DNA of 64,000 bases from Chiloscyllium plagiosum (GCF_004010195.1 NC_057719.1:52844745-52908744); one strand, 5' to 3'. Shown: positions 1-12,548, counted from the stretch's first letter. Notes: a model not told the origin generated them from the sequence alone. A program made the numbers and translations.

Positions 1-387
1 GGAGGCTGAGGGGTGACCTTATAGAGGTTTACAAAATTATGAAGGGCATGGATAAGATAAATAGGCAAAGTCTTTTCCCTGGGTTGGGGAGTCCAGAACT
101 AGAGGGCATAGGTTTAGGGTGAGAGGGGAAAGATATAAAAGAGACCTAAGGGGCAACTTTTTCACGCAGAGGGTGTTACATGTATGGAATGAGCTGCCAG
201 AGGATGTGGTGGAGGATGGTACAACTGCAACATTTAAGAGGCATTTGGATGGCTATATGAATAGGAAGGGTTTGGAGGACATGGGCCGGGTGCTGGCAGG
301 TGGGACTAGATTGGGTTGGGATATCTGGTCAGCATGGATGGGTTGGACCAAAGGGTCTGTTTCCAAGCTGTACATCTCTATGACTCT
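1..387 (+). mobile_element. CR1-type LINE 3' end (truncated by window start)
   Basis: Translation ...RGNFFTQRVLHVWNELPEDVV...FKRHLDGYM is the typical CR1 ORF2 C-terminus, followed by a 3' UTR ending tctatgactct. Confidence 0.9.
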
Positions 388-3343
388 GACAAGGTGTGGT
401 AAATTAGGGAAATGAAATGCAAATAATGAAATGTACATGAAATTTTAGAAGGATGCTAATGAGGAAATTTAGGATTTTGTAACAGTCTGAGGCCATGTAA
501 TTAGGGCAGGGGTATCAAATTTGTTCAAATTGGGGAAGCAGATTGTAAGTGTTAAGAACAATTCCTCACAATCATTGGAAAATGAGCCATCAATGCCCCT
601 CAAAGTTCTATTTTGGGATCACTTGGTTTCACTTTGTATTTATATAATTTGGATAGAGAATTAAAAGAAATTATAATATATTGATAGGATGATGCACATT
701 AGTGTATTTTGATTAAGTAGTGTGTTTTGATTAAAATGTAATGTTTGACTGAGGGAAGAATTGTTGATCTGAAAGAGTAATTTGGAAATCCTGGTTTAGA
801 AGATTTTAAAAGCAATATTTTGTGTGGCACAATGGAAACAGAGTATAATCAAATCAATCACTTTCCACTTTAGAAGCAAAAATCAAGAGAGATGTATTGC
901 AAGTATCAAAAACCAATCCTGCCCCATTTACAATCAGTTAGAATCACCGTAGAGTTGATCAGTAAGAGGTAAAAATATGAAAAAAGATGCAAGTGTGGTA
1001 AACCTGCCTAATCTTTTATATAGATCACATTTGCTTATTACCCTTGTGTACCCTTTTGGACTCCTGGAAGTTGAGGCAATAAAAATGGGCTCATTACAGA
1101 TTTAACTAGATGTTTGCTATAAAGAAGTAAAAATGTAAAAGAATTAAAATAATTGTCTGTATTCATTAGAACAAAGGTTACAGGGATATTTGTTGGAAGA
1201 AGATGAACTGTGTTATATTTGCCAATCCTCATGGTTAAAAGGTCTCAAATAGTGATTCTTGGTGGATCACTTAGATAGCAAGTGACCCTGTAAGATATCC
1301 AGGTCTGCAAAACTTGGTTTTGCTTGTCATTGGAAGCAAACTCATCAAAACTACTGGAAAAAAAAGTGCTGCTTGCGATTTCAGATGAGATGATGTCTAA
1401 TTCCAAGCAGGTGAGATTCAATCTTCTCTTGGGATCCAGGCTCAATACACTCCTCTTTGTTTTCAGATATCCGTAAAAATCCAATCTCTCAGTTGTATCA
1501 ATAATATAGATCTTATTTATAAAGGTACATTGTTTTGCTCGGCACATAAGATGATTCATGCCAAGCATACAGGAGCCCAGGTGATCAAACATGATGTCTT
1601 AGTCAAAATATACCACTTCATGTTCATTACACTAACCTGCATTATCCTATCATTCTTTATAAAGCATCTCCTTTCTCATCCTCAAATTACTCATTTTGAC
1701 TTTATTTAGATCAAAATTTCTTTTAACCTTTTATCCACACCATTGATATGCAAAGTGAATGCAAGGGATCCCAAAATATAACTCTAAGGGGCATTGCAAA
1801 GCCAGGTAGAATCAGAACTGTATGTGATCCACAGGGTTACTTGCTGTCTGTCATATTACATATATGATAGTGCTAAAGGCATTTCTCTCATATGGCCTCA
1901 TTCATGGCAAAAATCATCATTGACTTACATTTTGTACCAATCACCAGACCAAGTGGAGAACATTTGCAGAAATACTTAGTTGTGAACAAGAGGATATGAG
2001 ATTAAATACAGAAAATTTAAAACAAAAAGCTTGAGGAATTTCACATTTTTTAAAAGAAAAGTTGTGTGAGGTTTTCAAACATATTCTCAATGTAACTGAT
2101 TGAAGTAGAAACTACATCAAAACTCAAGAATGTTTTCTATATTTTGTTGAAGACAGGGGTTAAATGAAACAATGGAACAAGGTAGGTATGGGAACTGTTT
2201 GTTGTTTCCAAACACCAGGGCTGGCATGTGTTCTATTTAACAGAATGGCATGGAGACAAGAGGAATGAAATTGAGTTCCATGTCAGGCCTGCATTAAATG
2301 TTTAATGAACAAGAACATTTGAAATTGCCAAATACAAATACTTCCAAAAGAAAAGCAATCTATTGCCTTTGTCCACCCTATAGATTGTAAGGTATGTTGT
2401 AACTAATGATTTCAGTTTTCTTTAAAAGAACAACATCTCTATTGATGATCAGTTAGAACAGGGAACAGACAAACTGATCGCAGGGAGCACAATTAAGCAA
2501 AAACTAATTTTAAAAACATTGCTTTGCTTTCATCGGAGGTGGTCTACTACAACCTCGCGCATCAGCATAAAGATCAATCTGACTATCAAGGTTGTTCCTA
2601 GGACTTGTCAGTCCAGTAGGCTTCTGTTACTTCCTCAAGATTTGACATGTCTGCTAACCTTATTTCACTTTGAGCTGCTATGACAATTGTTAACCTGACC
2701 AGAATTCTAGCTATGAGGATTGTTTCTACTCTTTGTTCATGCACCATTATCTAGCTGTATTCTGAAATTGCAAAGCTGAGCATTATCTGCCAGTTATTTG
2801 CCCTTTTAGTTTTTTTTTTAATGTTTTAATCACACTTCTTGATGTTGAGCCAGGAATAGTCAATTAGTAGGGTTTGCTTAAGGTTTATTTTCTTCACCTC
2901 CACAGGATGTTGTAGACCAATGTCACATCTAAAACGACCTGCTGTCAGGTTATAACGTGATTCATGAAGAGCAAATCTCATTCGTGAACACCACGACTTC
3001 GATCCACACTTCCTGCCTCTCACCTGCGGCCACTATGCATAGGATTATTTCAGAAGATTGCCAGTAGTATCCTTTATCTGTTTTTGTCAACATATCACAT
3101 TACCCACAGAACTTGATTGTCTGATACATTGGTTCATGTTTTTTGAACATCCTGCACATTGAGTGCATTTAAGTGGATTTGTGTAGAGCTGCTTCCACTC
3201 TTGCAACATGGGTCTCAAGCACAGTATTGGGAGGTTACAGGTTTAATTTTGGATTTATCCTCCGAAATGAGCTGCTAACCAAGCTGGAGACAGGCAGGAA
3301 GCTGGAAGAACACAGTAAGCCAGGTAGCATCAGGAGGTGGAGA

Positions 3344-3378
3344 AGTCAACATTTCGGGTATAACACTCCTTCAGGACT
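3344..3378 (-). ncRNA. Minimal hammerhead ribozyme motif in PLE pLTR (degenerate)
   Basis: Reverse complement reads AGTC-CTGAAGG-A-GTGT.TAT.ACCC-GAAA-TG-TT-GACT. Confidence 0.6.
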
Positions 3379-5195
3379 GGTGGTGGGTTTAAGAAGAGCT
3401 GTAGCTAAAGAGTGTGGGGGATGCAGGGTGGTGAAGTGGGATAGGTGAACACAGGTAGTGGTCAATGAGAGAAATGAATCCAGTTGGAGGTTGGGAGGAG
3501 TGGAAGGGAGGGGGAGGGGCTGGGAACGGAGTTGGCGGAAAGGAGGTTATTTGAAAATTGGGCTTTAGGCTGCCCAGGTGGAAGATGAGGTGTTGTTCCT
3601 CCAGTTTGCGATTTGGTTCATTGTGGCAATGGAGGAGTCCAAGGATAGTCATGTTGGAAAGGGAGTGGGCAGGGGAATTAAAATGGGCAGTGACTGAGAG
3701 GTCTGTCAGCTGCTGTGGGCCCAGCTGAGATGCTCAGTGAAACATTCCCTGAATTTACTTTTGGTCTCCCCAATGTAGAGAGAACCACATTGGGAGCACT
3801 GGATACAATAAGCATGGTTGGAAGAGAGGCAGGTGAATCTCTGTCTCACCTGGAAGGACTGTTTAGGGCCCTGGATGGAGGTGAGGGAAGTGGTATACTA
3901 GCAGGTTTTGCATCTTTTCCGGTTGCAGGGGAAGGTACATGGGGGTTCAGGGGGGTGGGGGATGGGAGAGTGGCGCAAACCAAGGATGGGCAAGGGGAAC
4001 AGCCCTGGCAGAAGGCAGAGAGGGGTGGTGAGGGGAAGATATTCTTGGTGGTGGGGTCTAATTGGAGTTAGCAGAATTGTTTGAGGATGATGCGTTGGAT
4101 GCAGAGACTGGTGGGATGGTTGGTGAGGGCAAGGTGGATGCTGTCTTAATTGAGTTTAGAGGAAGGTGGGGTCTTAGAGCAGTGGAACAGGGAATGGAGG
4201 CTGTGCAGCGGAGGGCTGACTGTGTGACAGAGGGAGGAAAAGCACGTTGTTCAAACTTGGTGGACATCTGGGATTCTTGGAAGTCTGAGCAGACGTGGAG
4301 AAGGGGGAGGACTTGGGAGAATAGGATGGAGTTCTTGCTGGATACTGAGTGGGAGGAGGTGTAGTCTAGGTAGTTATGGGAGTCTGTGGGTTTATAATAA
4401 ATGTCCACCTGTAGACTGTTGCCAGAGATGGAAATGGAGAGGTCAGCAAAGGGGAGTGAGGTGTTTGAGATGGACCAAGTGAATTTGAGGGTGGGGTGCA
4501 AGTTGTGGGTATAGGTGATGAACTGCTCCAGTTCAGCCTGGGTGCAGGACCCTGCACTGATACAGTCATCAGTGTAACGGCAGATTATCTGGGGTGCAGT
4601 CACTGTGTAGGTACTGAAGAGGGACTGTTTGACATGGCTGACAAAGAGGCAGACATAGCTAGGGCCCATCCGGGTGCCCATGGCCATACCCTGAATTTCA
4701 AGGAAATGGGAGGAGCTAAAGGAAAAGTTATTGAGGGTGAGGATCAGTTTGGTGAGGAGGAGGAAGGTATTGGTGGAGGGGGACTGGATGGATCTGTTGG
4801 AGAGGAAGAAGTGGGGGACCTGAAGGTCATCCTTGTTGGGTATGGACATGTATAAGGACTGCCCATCCATAGTGAAGCTGAAGCGCTGGGGTCTGGGGAA
4901 CTGAAAGTTAATGAAGAAATGGAGGGTGTAGTTGGTGTAATAGATGAAGGTGAGAAGAGCTTGAACCAAGGGGGAGAGGATGGAGTTGCAAAAGGACAAG
5001 ATGAGTTCAGTGGGACAGGAGCATGCCAAGTCTTTCCCAGCCTCTCCCCCTCTCTTCTACTCTTTCCAGCTGCCTACTGGATTCATTCCTCCCATTGACC
5101 GAGTTTGTACTCTCTCCCTGTCTTCACCTATCCCCACTTCACAAAGCTGCCCCATACCACCCCCTTTATCTGCAGCTCCCCTTATACCCCACCCC

Positions 5196-5230
5196 AGTCT
5201 TGAAGAAGGGTTAAACCCGAAATGTTGACT
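5196..5230 (+). ncRNA. Minimal hammerhead ribozyme motif in PLE pLTR (core C>T, CpG decay)
   Basis: AGTC-TTGAAGA-A-GGGT.TAA.ACCC-GAAA-TG-TT-GACT; stem I AGTC/GACT, stem II GGGT/ACCC. Confidence 0.65.
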
Positions 5231-5574
5231 TCTCCATCTCCTGCTGCCACCTGGCTTGCTGTGTTCTTCCAGCCTCCTGCCTATCTCCTTTGGATTCCAG
5301 CATCTGCATTTTTTTTTATCTGGAACCAAGCTGGAGAGCCTTACTTGTCCTGTCTACACATTGCCACCTAGTCCATTGCATGCCAGTTCACTTATTGCTA
5401 GCAATTTAAAATAAGAGTTTTCTTCCCTTGGATAGACTGCTAACCAAGGCTGATGAGTCCCAGATATCTGCAACAATCTGGTTTTGAGGTGCCATACAGG
5501 AATCATCATGCCTGTCCTCTAAGGTTAACAAAAGATAGTACATTGTACTGCAAACGTCATGCATATACACACAC

Positions 5575-5855
5575 TCCAGATATACAGAAAAATGCTGCTG
5601 GACAAGCACAATGAAATACTTAATGCATTAACAACACTGCCAGAAGACCTGCAGTTACTCTCAAGGAGCACTGACAAGTCATGCACCAACTTGGCAAAAG
5701 GCTTTCTATGGAGCTAGATGCTCATCCTTTCCAATATATAGATGGTGGCAGCTCTAGGAGAATTTTATGGATCTGACTGCAATATATTGTCTGACCACCT
5801 CTGTTTCAGCTTCCATTGCAGCACATCAGAAGCCATCAATCATCTGAGCACTGAA
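5575..5855 (+). mobile_element. Probable PIF/Harbinger accessory (Myb/SANT-protein) ORF remnant
   Basis: Decayed reading KMLLDKHNEILNALTTLPEDLQLLSRSTDKSCTNLAKGF resembles the helical C-terminal part of Harbinger accessory ORFs; recognised by eye only. Confidence 0.4.
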
Positions 5856-5990
5856 CATTCTGAAGAAGGATCACTGGACCTGAAACATTAACTCTACTTT
5901 CTCTCCACAGATACTGCTAGTCCCGCTGAGTTTCTTCAGCAATCTCTGTCTGTGTTTCACATTTTCAGCTTCCAGTTATTTGTTTTTTAT
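5856..5990 (+). mobile_element. Solo PLE pLTR fragment with degenerate hammerhead motif
   Basis: CTGAAGA-A-GGATC.ACTG.GACC-T-GAAA-CA-TT-AACT followed by ctccacagatactgc...gctgagtttc...cagc pLTR tail. Confidence 0.7.
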
Positions 5991-8844
5991 CTTTTGTATG
6001 GCCAAACATGACATAGATTGGTTGCATACTCACTTCCTTCTCGTCTTGAACCTACAACGGCAATTTAAAATTTTCAGGTCTTCCATGGGGTTTCCATCCT
6101 ACTCAGTACAGCCATTGAGATCCGATGTATGCAATAAGACCACAACCAACTTGTTACTGAGGATCTCATCAAGTCAGGCAGCTGTGTCAGGAATAAGTCA
6201 GCTTTGTGCTGCAGGAAGGAGCAGTAAATTTAACCAGTACATTTTAACTCCTGCCTCTATCTAGTTCACTCAAAATGGCAGGAGGTAACATTTCACCTCA
6301 TACCTAACTTGATACATTGCATTTGGAGTAGTCAACTTGCCCTTAGCACTGTTAATTGGATGTGTGGAAAATGAATCCTATTCCATCATGGTGGAATTCA
6401 CATGTTTCACATAAATATTGCTGCAACTAGATATTTCCTGGAGAGGAGTAAAGAGTAGAGGAGAATAAATGCCACAACAATGGTAAATGAAACAAAAACA
6501 AAATTACCTTAACTTGAAGAAAACAGACTGTTCGAACTTTTTCTAATCTAATAAGTGAAACCTTCTTCCATGTACTGGGACATTTGATTTGGAGTGTTGT
6601 CAAGTACTTTGACATATATGATAACCTACTAAGAAATGTAACTCAAAAAGGCACATCATGGAGAGCATATTCTAGTTTTACACCATTGATGACCAATGAT
6701 ACTGTGTTTTTTGTTGATATGCAACAGTAATATACCTGTTGATAAATATAATATAAATTCTGAATGAATACAAATTCTGTTGCCATGTAATAAAAACAGG
6801 AACAAAAGCATTGCTGACATTTTACAGATGCAGAATCTCTTTTGCTTATGTGAACCAAGTTTCTGTTAGAATAAACTACCCAAAACAGTACCACTAGTAT
6901 ATAGTATCAAAGCAATTTTGAATGACCTTTGAAATTGGAGAAAATTGAATAAATAATTCCTTAGAATTTTATCCAGTATTCAGAACTGACAATTCAGTAC
7001 CATATAATTATCACATTTTATCAAATAGGAACTTAATGACCTCTGTGAATTCTAATCCAGTCATAGCCCAGCTTCTAAACTCTTCATTCCTTAAAGACTA
7101 TTTGTTCTTGACTTTCCACCTAGTTCACCATCGTAATTGATTAATAGCTCTATATAAACTAGTAATCGTTAAGCATGCTGGATATAGAAACATAATGAAT
7201 AGCATTCGAGTTTTTTTCTTTAATATCAATGAAGATGATATCAGACAGTTTTTAGATAGAAACATAAATGTAATCTATGATTCATATTTAATCCATCCTT
7301 TCAGTTTTGTATTCTGGGAGCAATCACTTTTATGATCAGCTGTTAAACAACAGCAAATCATTTAGGGATCATCTGTCATGAGTAAATAAATTTGTTTCTC
7401 CCTCAAGGGGAATAATCTTGTTTAGAGGGTGTTTTTGATATATGAGCATGCGGAAGTATTGATTGATCTTTTGAAATTTAATAAGGGCCTACTGACATAG
7501 TATATAGGAACTGGTTGTTACCTCTGTCCTGCTGTGCCAGCCAAGAAAGGAAAACTCGATGAATACCATTCAATTAGAAATATTCAGTGTCAATGATGTA
7601 CTCAGCAATCACATGCACAAAGTGAAATCGTTTCTATTTTGTGTCTTACACTTGAGTTAAGGAAGTTACATAATCCTGTTTTCCTTGACACAGTTTTCTG
7701 GATTAGCTTGTTGCATGTCATCATATTGTTCCCCTTCAAAACCTCAACATTATCCATTATATGAGGAGACCAAACTGCATGTTGTGCTCCAAGTGAGGCT
7801 TGATTAAGGCTTTGTGCAAATCCAAAATCGTTAAGCCTCCTTTCACACAACTATGTTATGAAAATACTCAAAATCTCTTTGTGCTGGGTATCTCTGGTGG
7901 CATTGCTCAGGTACATGATACTGGCAATATAAAGCAGTGAGATCTTTGTCTTTCTGTCTTCTTTATTACTTTCCCTTGAGAGGTGTATGAATGTGAAGAG
8001 TCACCCTACCTACGCGCATAACATTGCACTTATCTCAGTTAAATATCATCTTGCAATACTGTGAAAGCTACCCACAGGAATATTTAGTCCACATTAACAT
8101 GAAAATAGAACAAAACTCTCTTTTCACTGTTACAGAGTGACTTGATTCATTGTCTTTGTCACATATCTATAAGATAGATGTGAATAATTACATATACAAT
8201 GATAGGGTATTGCAAAAGGTTTGCTTCGAATAAAAAAAAATGATAAACTAACTTTTTGGCTGTTTTTGCATTCCCAGTACAATTGAATTAAATTTTATTC
8301 CTAATTATTTCATGTAGATACAAGTATTGCAAAGTTATTCCCAAATAGATGTAAAAAAGATTTCAAAATCTTCTTAAAATATTGCCTTTAAATGACATTG
8401 GTGTGCAAGACAATTTTACAGATCCAACCAGTCACTACACGTAGCGAACACCAGCAGATGTACTTTTGTGTTCAGCAGGCAATATGAGAACTGTGCCAGA
8501 AACGTTAAGTGTTTGCACAAGTCACAGTCATTCTATTCATTCATGAGATGCTGGTTCAATACAGCAGCATTAACTGCTTTTCTCTAATTTCTTTTGAGGA
8601 GCTGATGGAGAGTGTGCTTCTTGAGCCACTGCAGTCCATATGGTGAAAGTATTAGAACAGTCTGGTAGGAAGTTGCAAGACTTGACATAATGATGCTAAA
8701 TGACTCTTGGTATTTTTCCAACCTAGCATTGTGTGTGACTTGAAGGGGAACATGGAGGCAATGGTATACCTGCTGCCCCTATGATAGACATTTGGGTTGG
8801 GCAGGTGCTGTGAAAGAAGCGTTTGTGAAGTGCTGCCACGCAGG

Positions 8845-9148
8845 AGCAGCAGGGTGACTCAGTGGTTAGCACTGCTGCCTCACAGCACCAGGGTCCCAGG
8901 TTCGATTCCAGCCTCAGGTGACTGTCTGTGTGGAGTTTGCACATTCTCCACTTGTCTGCGTGGGTGTGCTCTGGTTTCTTCCCACAGTCTAAAGATGTGC
9001 AGGTCAGGTGAATTAACTATGCTAAATAGCCCATAGTGTTAGGTACATTAGTCAGAGGGAAATGGGTCGAGGTGGGTTACTCTTCAGAGGGTCAGTGTAG
9101 ACTAGTTGGGCCGAAGGGCCTGTTTCTACACTGTAGGAAATCTAATCT
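8845..9148 (+). mobile_element. tRNA-derived V-SINE (HE1-like)
   Basis: A-box (ctcagtggttagcac), B-box (ggttcgattcc), V-domain gtgtggagtttgcacattctcc...cccacagtc, tail gggccgaagggcctgttt...tctaatct. Confidence 0.88.
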
Positions 9149-9397
9149 TACTGATGAAATATATTGCAACTGTGGTGCAGACAATGAATAACTAAGGTGA
9201 TAGGTGAGATGTGCTGTTTCATTCTAGCTGGAGTCTGATTTATTGAATGTTGTTGAAGCTGCAATCCAAGCAAGTGAATAGTATTATATCACAATCCAGA
9301 TCTGTACCTTGCAGATAATTAGTAGACTTTAAGGAATCAGGAGGCACACTACTTACTACAGAATGTCCAGCCTCTGACTTACTGGTATACCCACAAT

Positions 9398-9780
9398 AGA
9401 ACATAAATCATAGAACATAGAACAGCACAATACAGGAATAGGCCCTTCAGTCCACTATGCTGTGCTGAACATGATGCCAAAATAGACTAACCCCTTCTGC
9501 CTGTCCCGAGGTCCATATCCCAATCCTTGCATATTCATGTGCTTATCTAAATGTTCTTTAAAAGTCCCTATTGTATATTGTACCCCACCAACACCCCGGT
9601 AGCATGTCCCAAACTCTATCACCTTCTGTGTAAAAAAAACTTGCCCCTCATATCTACTTTGAACTTGCCCCTCTCACCTTGAATTATGCCCTCTAGTATT
9701 AGACACTTCTACTCTGGGAAAAAGATTCTGATCGTCAACCTATCTGTGCATCTCATAATTGTATAGACTTCTATCAATTC
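9398..9780 (-). mobile_element. CR1 LINE 3' end
   Basis: (atagaac)n tail, then reverse-complement CR1 3' UTR and ORF2 C-terminus (ccctctagtatt...ctgggaaaaag). Confidence 0.75.
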
Positions 9781-10309
9781 TGTAAGTTCGCTCATTGAGG
9801 TTGAATGTTTGTTTTTGGATGTTTCGTCACCATACTAGATAACATCTTCAGTGAAAGTCTCTGGTGAAGCACTGGTGGTATGTCCCGCCTCTCTATCGGT
9901 CTTGGTTTCTTAAGGTGGGTGATGTCATTTCCAGTCCTTCTTTCAAGGGAAGCGAGATTGGATCTAAATTGATGTATCTATTGATGGAGTTCTGGTTAGA
10001 ATGCCATGCCTCTAAGAATTCCAAATAGAGACATACAGAAGGATTCCTAAAAGCGTGGCATTCCAACAGGAACTCTATCAACAAACACATTCACTTGGAT
10101 TCCATTTACCATCCCCCTGAGAAAAAAAATAGGAAATGACATCACCACAGGCAATGATGTCACCAAAACAAGGAAACCTAAACACATAAATAGAAAGTGG
10201 GCCATGCCACCATTGCTTCATCCGGAGGCTCACTGATGATGTTACCTAGTATGGTGACAAAATGTCTGAAAACAAACCTTCCAGCTCAGTGAGCAAACTT
10301 ACATCCAGA
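9781..10309. mobile_element. Fold-back Penelope (Poseidon-like) remnant: two inverted copies of endonuclease C-terminus + pLTR
   Basis: tgtaagttcgctc...gag at the left end is inverse to ctcagtgagcaaacttaca at the right end; EFLEAWHSNQNSINRYINLDPI on the minus strand and its counterpart on plus; hammerhead motif in each arm. Confidence 0.85.
10230..10269 (+). ncRNA. Minimal hammerhead ribozyme motif (Poseidon-type pLTR, G>A in GAAA)
   Basis: TCA-CTGATGA-T-GTTACC.TAGTAT.GGTGAC-AAAA-TG-TC-TGA. Confidence 0.6.
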
Positions 10310-10635
10310 CCTGTTGTGTAAGGGTTTGAGGACCCTGGAACAATCTTGCGAAGATGTAATGGAGCAGCTCCTCACAGTATAAGCATGGGTGAAAGGAAAT
10401 AGAAAGGAAAGATAGGAACAGAGAAATCCATGCAGAGACGCATGTAGAGGAGACTGACTGGCATTAAGCAACCAAGTTCATTGAACAGTCTTTCAATTAT
10501 GTCCCAATAAGCTTCAAGCCTGATGAGTCTCTGATTACCATATTCTGTATTGTGGTATTTAATCTGAAGAATAATAAGCAAGGTAATACAGGAGCCTAAA
10601 CCAGAAGACAGTTCTTGTCCTCATCGTCTCATCAG

Positions 10636-10951
10636 GGGTGAAAGTGAGGACTGCAGATGCTGGAAACCAGAGTTTAGATTGGTTTCCAGCATCTGCAGTG
10701 CTCACTTTTGCCTAGTTGATTTTAACCTTACTGCGAATCCTCTTGCAAGGATGCTTATCTTGAAGAAGTTCTCCTCCTCTCTCCACAAGAATCTCAGTCA
10801 GTCTCTCTCTCTCTCACTGCAACCTTCAGGTCCACCCTGGAGGCTCCCTGCTTCTATTCCTGATGAAGGGCTTTTGCCTAAAACGTCAATTTTCCTGCTT
10901 CTCGGATGCTGCCTGACCTGCTGTGCTTTTCCAGCATCACTCTAATCTAAA
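10636..10951 (+). mobile_element. Short PLE insertion (inverted pLTR end + partial tandem + pLTR with hammerhead), 16-bp TSD with 1 mismatch
   Basis: ctcatcgtctcatcag 10620-10635 vs ctcatcttctcatcag 10952-10967; hairpin at about 10640-10708; attcCTGATGAagggcttttgcctaaacgtc at 10856-10887. Confidence 0.85.
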
Positions 10952-12548
10952 CTCATCTTCTCATCAGCCTGTCTGTCCTGAACTCAAACTCATGATTGTG
11001 GTCATAAAGCCACATGACTAATGAACTGCAGCATCTGCTTCCGAAAGATGGCTGCATTGAAATTGCAGTCCCTTTTGTTTATTTAAACTTTTGGTGCTTT
11101 TAGTATCATTCTTGGCTCTTTCATTGTTCAAATATCTTTTGTTGAATGATCACATAAGTAGTATTTGCATAAGTTAGAAGGACCAAAAATATCAATATGA
11201 AGTTCTCTTTTTTCAGTTGAATATTTGGAAAGCTTATTTGTGAAAAAAAACTGAATAAAGCTCAGTAAATAGGCAATGGCCTACTTTATGCGAGTGGTGT
11301 TGTCATGGTTACAGTTTTTGCTGTTCCCTATAGACACATTAGCTGCTTGGGAAAAGTACTGAAACAGATTGACGCAAGTGCAATTAACATTCTGTTGACA
11401 ATAGCAAACACAACGAACATTAACTGCAGAACCCAAAGGAAATGGCTTCATGCCGAGCAGCAGACGCCCAAGAAATGAGGATGCATAACCAGAAGATCAT
11501 CTAAAATTAAGCAAATTCCTCTAACACACTTAAAATGCAGACACACCTGATGAGCTTCATCTACAGATGTCAAATGTCTCCAAAATGTAAGAAACCAAGA
11601 TGACATTATACATCTCAGACATACTGTCTTTTGCCATGTAATGCCATCTGCCAGCTCAAAGTAGAGAGTGATGTTAATGAACACAAAGAAGACAGCACTG
11701 GGCAACATCCAGGATTTTGTGAATAGATGGAAAATGGGCGCATTATATCAACAAATGGTCCAAATTGACACATTAAACAGGGTAGGAAGGCACAGAGGTT
11801 TGAGAGAGTTGGGGGAGGGGGAGGGGGAATGATTGTTTTTGTTTGTTAGGAATTGTTAATCTCTGTTTACATAAATATCTAAAATGAATTTTAAGCTTGA
11901 CTAAAGGGAAGTTAAGGGATACTTGATTGACATTGCCAAACCATTCTGCTTTTGCCAATCGACACTGCCATTAATTGTTGTGAATAAGAATCTTGAACTC
12001 TGTTCTGGTGTAATAGCTGACATGTGAGCTGATAGGGTTGTTTTCTTTCAATGAGCCCTTACAGAGAAACATTCTTTTTGTTTTCTGCAGAAACCGTCAT
12101 CTTAACCATTCCAGGCTCACCAGAGTTAACCTGTCCTCTGTGCATGCCCAATAATGAGAAGCCCTAAGAGTAGGACTGTTTCCATTTTAAGGGACTCTTT
12201 AATGTCAGCAACAACAGCTTCATCTCAGATCAGGCTTTTAAATGCTACACGAAAAACATGGTTTCTTTCATACAATTGCATGCCACAAATCACTGAACAT
12301 GACATTCGCAAACACAATCAGAACTCTGGCTGCTGGACGTAAAAATGACCAAAACTTATTGAAATCATAAAAACTTACAGCATAAAAAGAGGCCATTCAG
12401 CCTATCATATCTGAAACTAAAGAATCAAGAGTGAAGCAGAGCTCCCCAAGACAAAATTCACTCAAGACGTTTTGCATAGTATCTTTGGGTTGAGACATAC
12501 TGCTCTCTTTTAAGAATTCTTGACACTCCTCTTTCTCCAATATATGTA

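Larger units (their letters stand above)
3291..5323 (-). mobile_element. Penelope-like element (Neptune-like), 5'-truncated, with inverted pLTR copy at 5028-5323 and 14-bp TSD
   Basis: Minus ORF 4058-5029 has PLE RT motifs (TMDGQSLYMSI, QGMAMGTRMGPSY, YTDD, YYKPTDSHNYLDY); GIY-YIG C-terminal remnant (LEEQHLIFHLGSL) near 3560-3650; oppositely oriented pLTRs at both ends; aaccaagctggaga duplicated at 3277-3290 and 5324-5337. Confidence 0.92.

Noticed and set aside
1245..1592. 115-aa minus ORF, and plus-strand mini-exons at about 1385-1410 and 1467-1524
   Set aside because: No recognisable domain; the implied intron of about 56 nt is very short for a vertebrate; the region lies inside a possible TIR-bounded element
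4058..5029. 323-aa ORF as a host gene or active RT
   Set aside because: It is a 5'-truncated Penelope RT with a degenerate catalytic motif (YTDD) and frameshifted continuation
8845..8910. tRNA gene-like A/B boxes (also at 14487, 20136, 34980(-), 51463)
   Set aside because: Each continues into the V-domain and LINE-like tail, so these are SINE heads rather than tRNA genes
12091..12170. Strong plus-strand acceptor (ttctttttgttttctgcag), similar to one at about 2905
   Set aside because: All frames hit stops quickly and no convincing donor or partner exons were found
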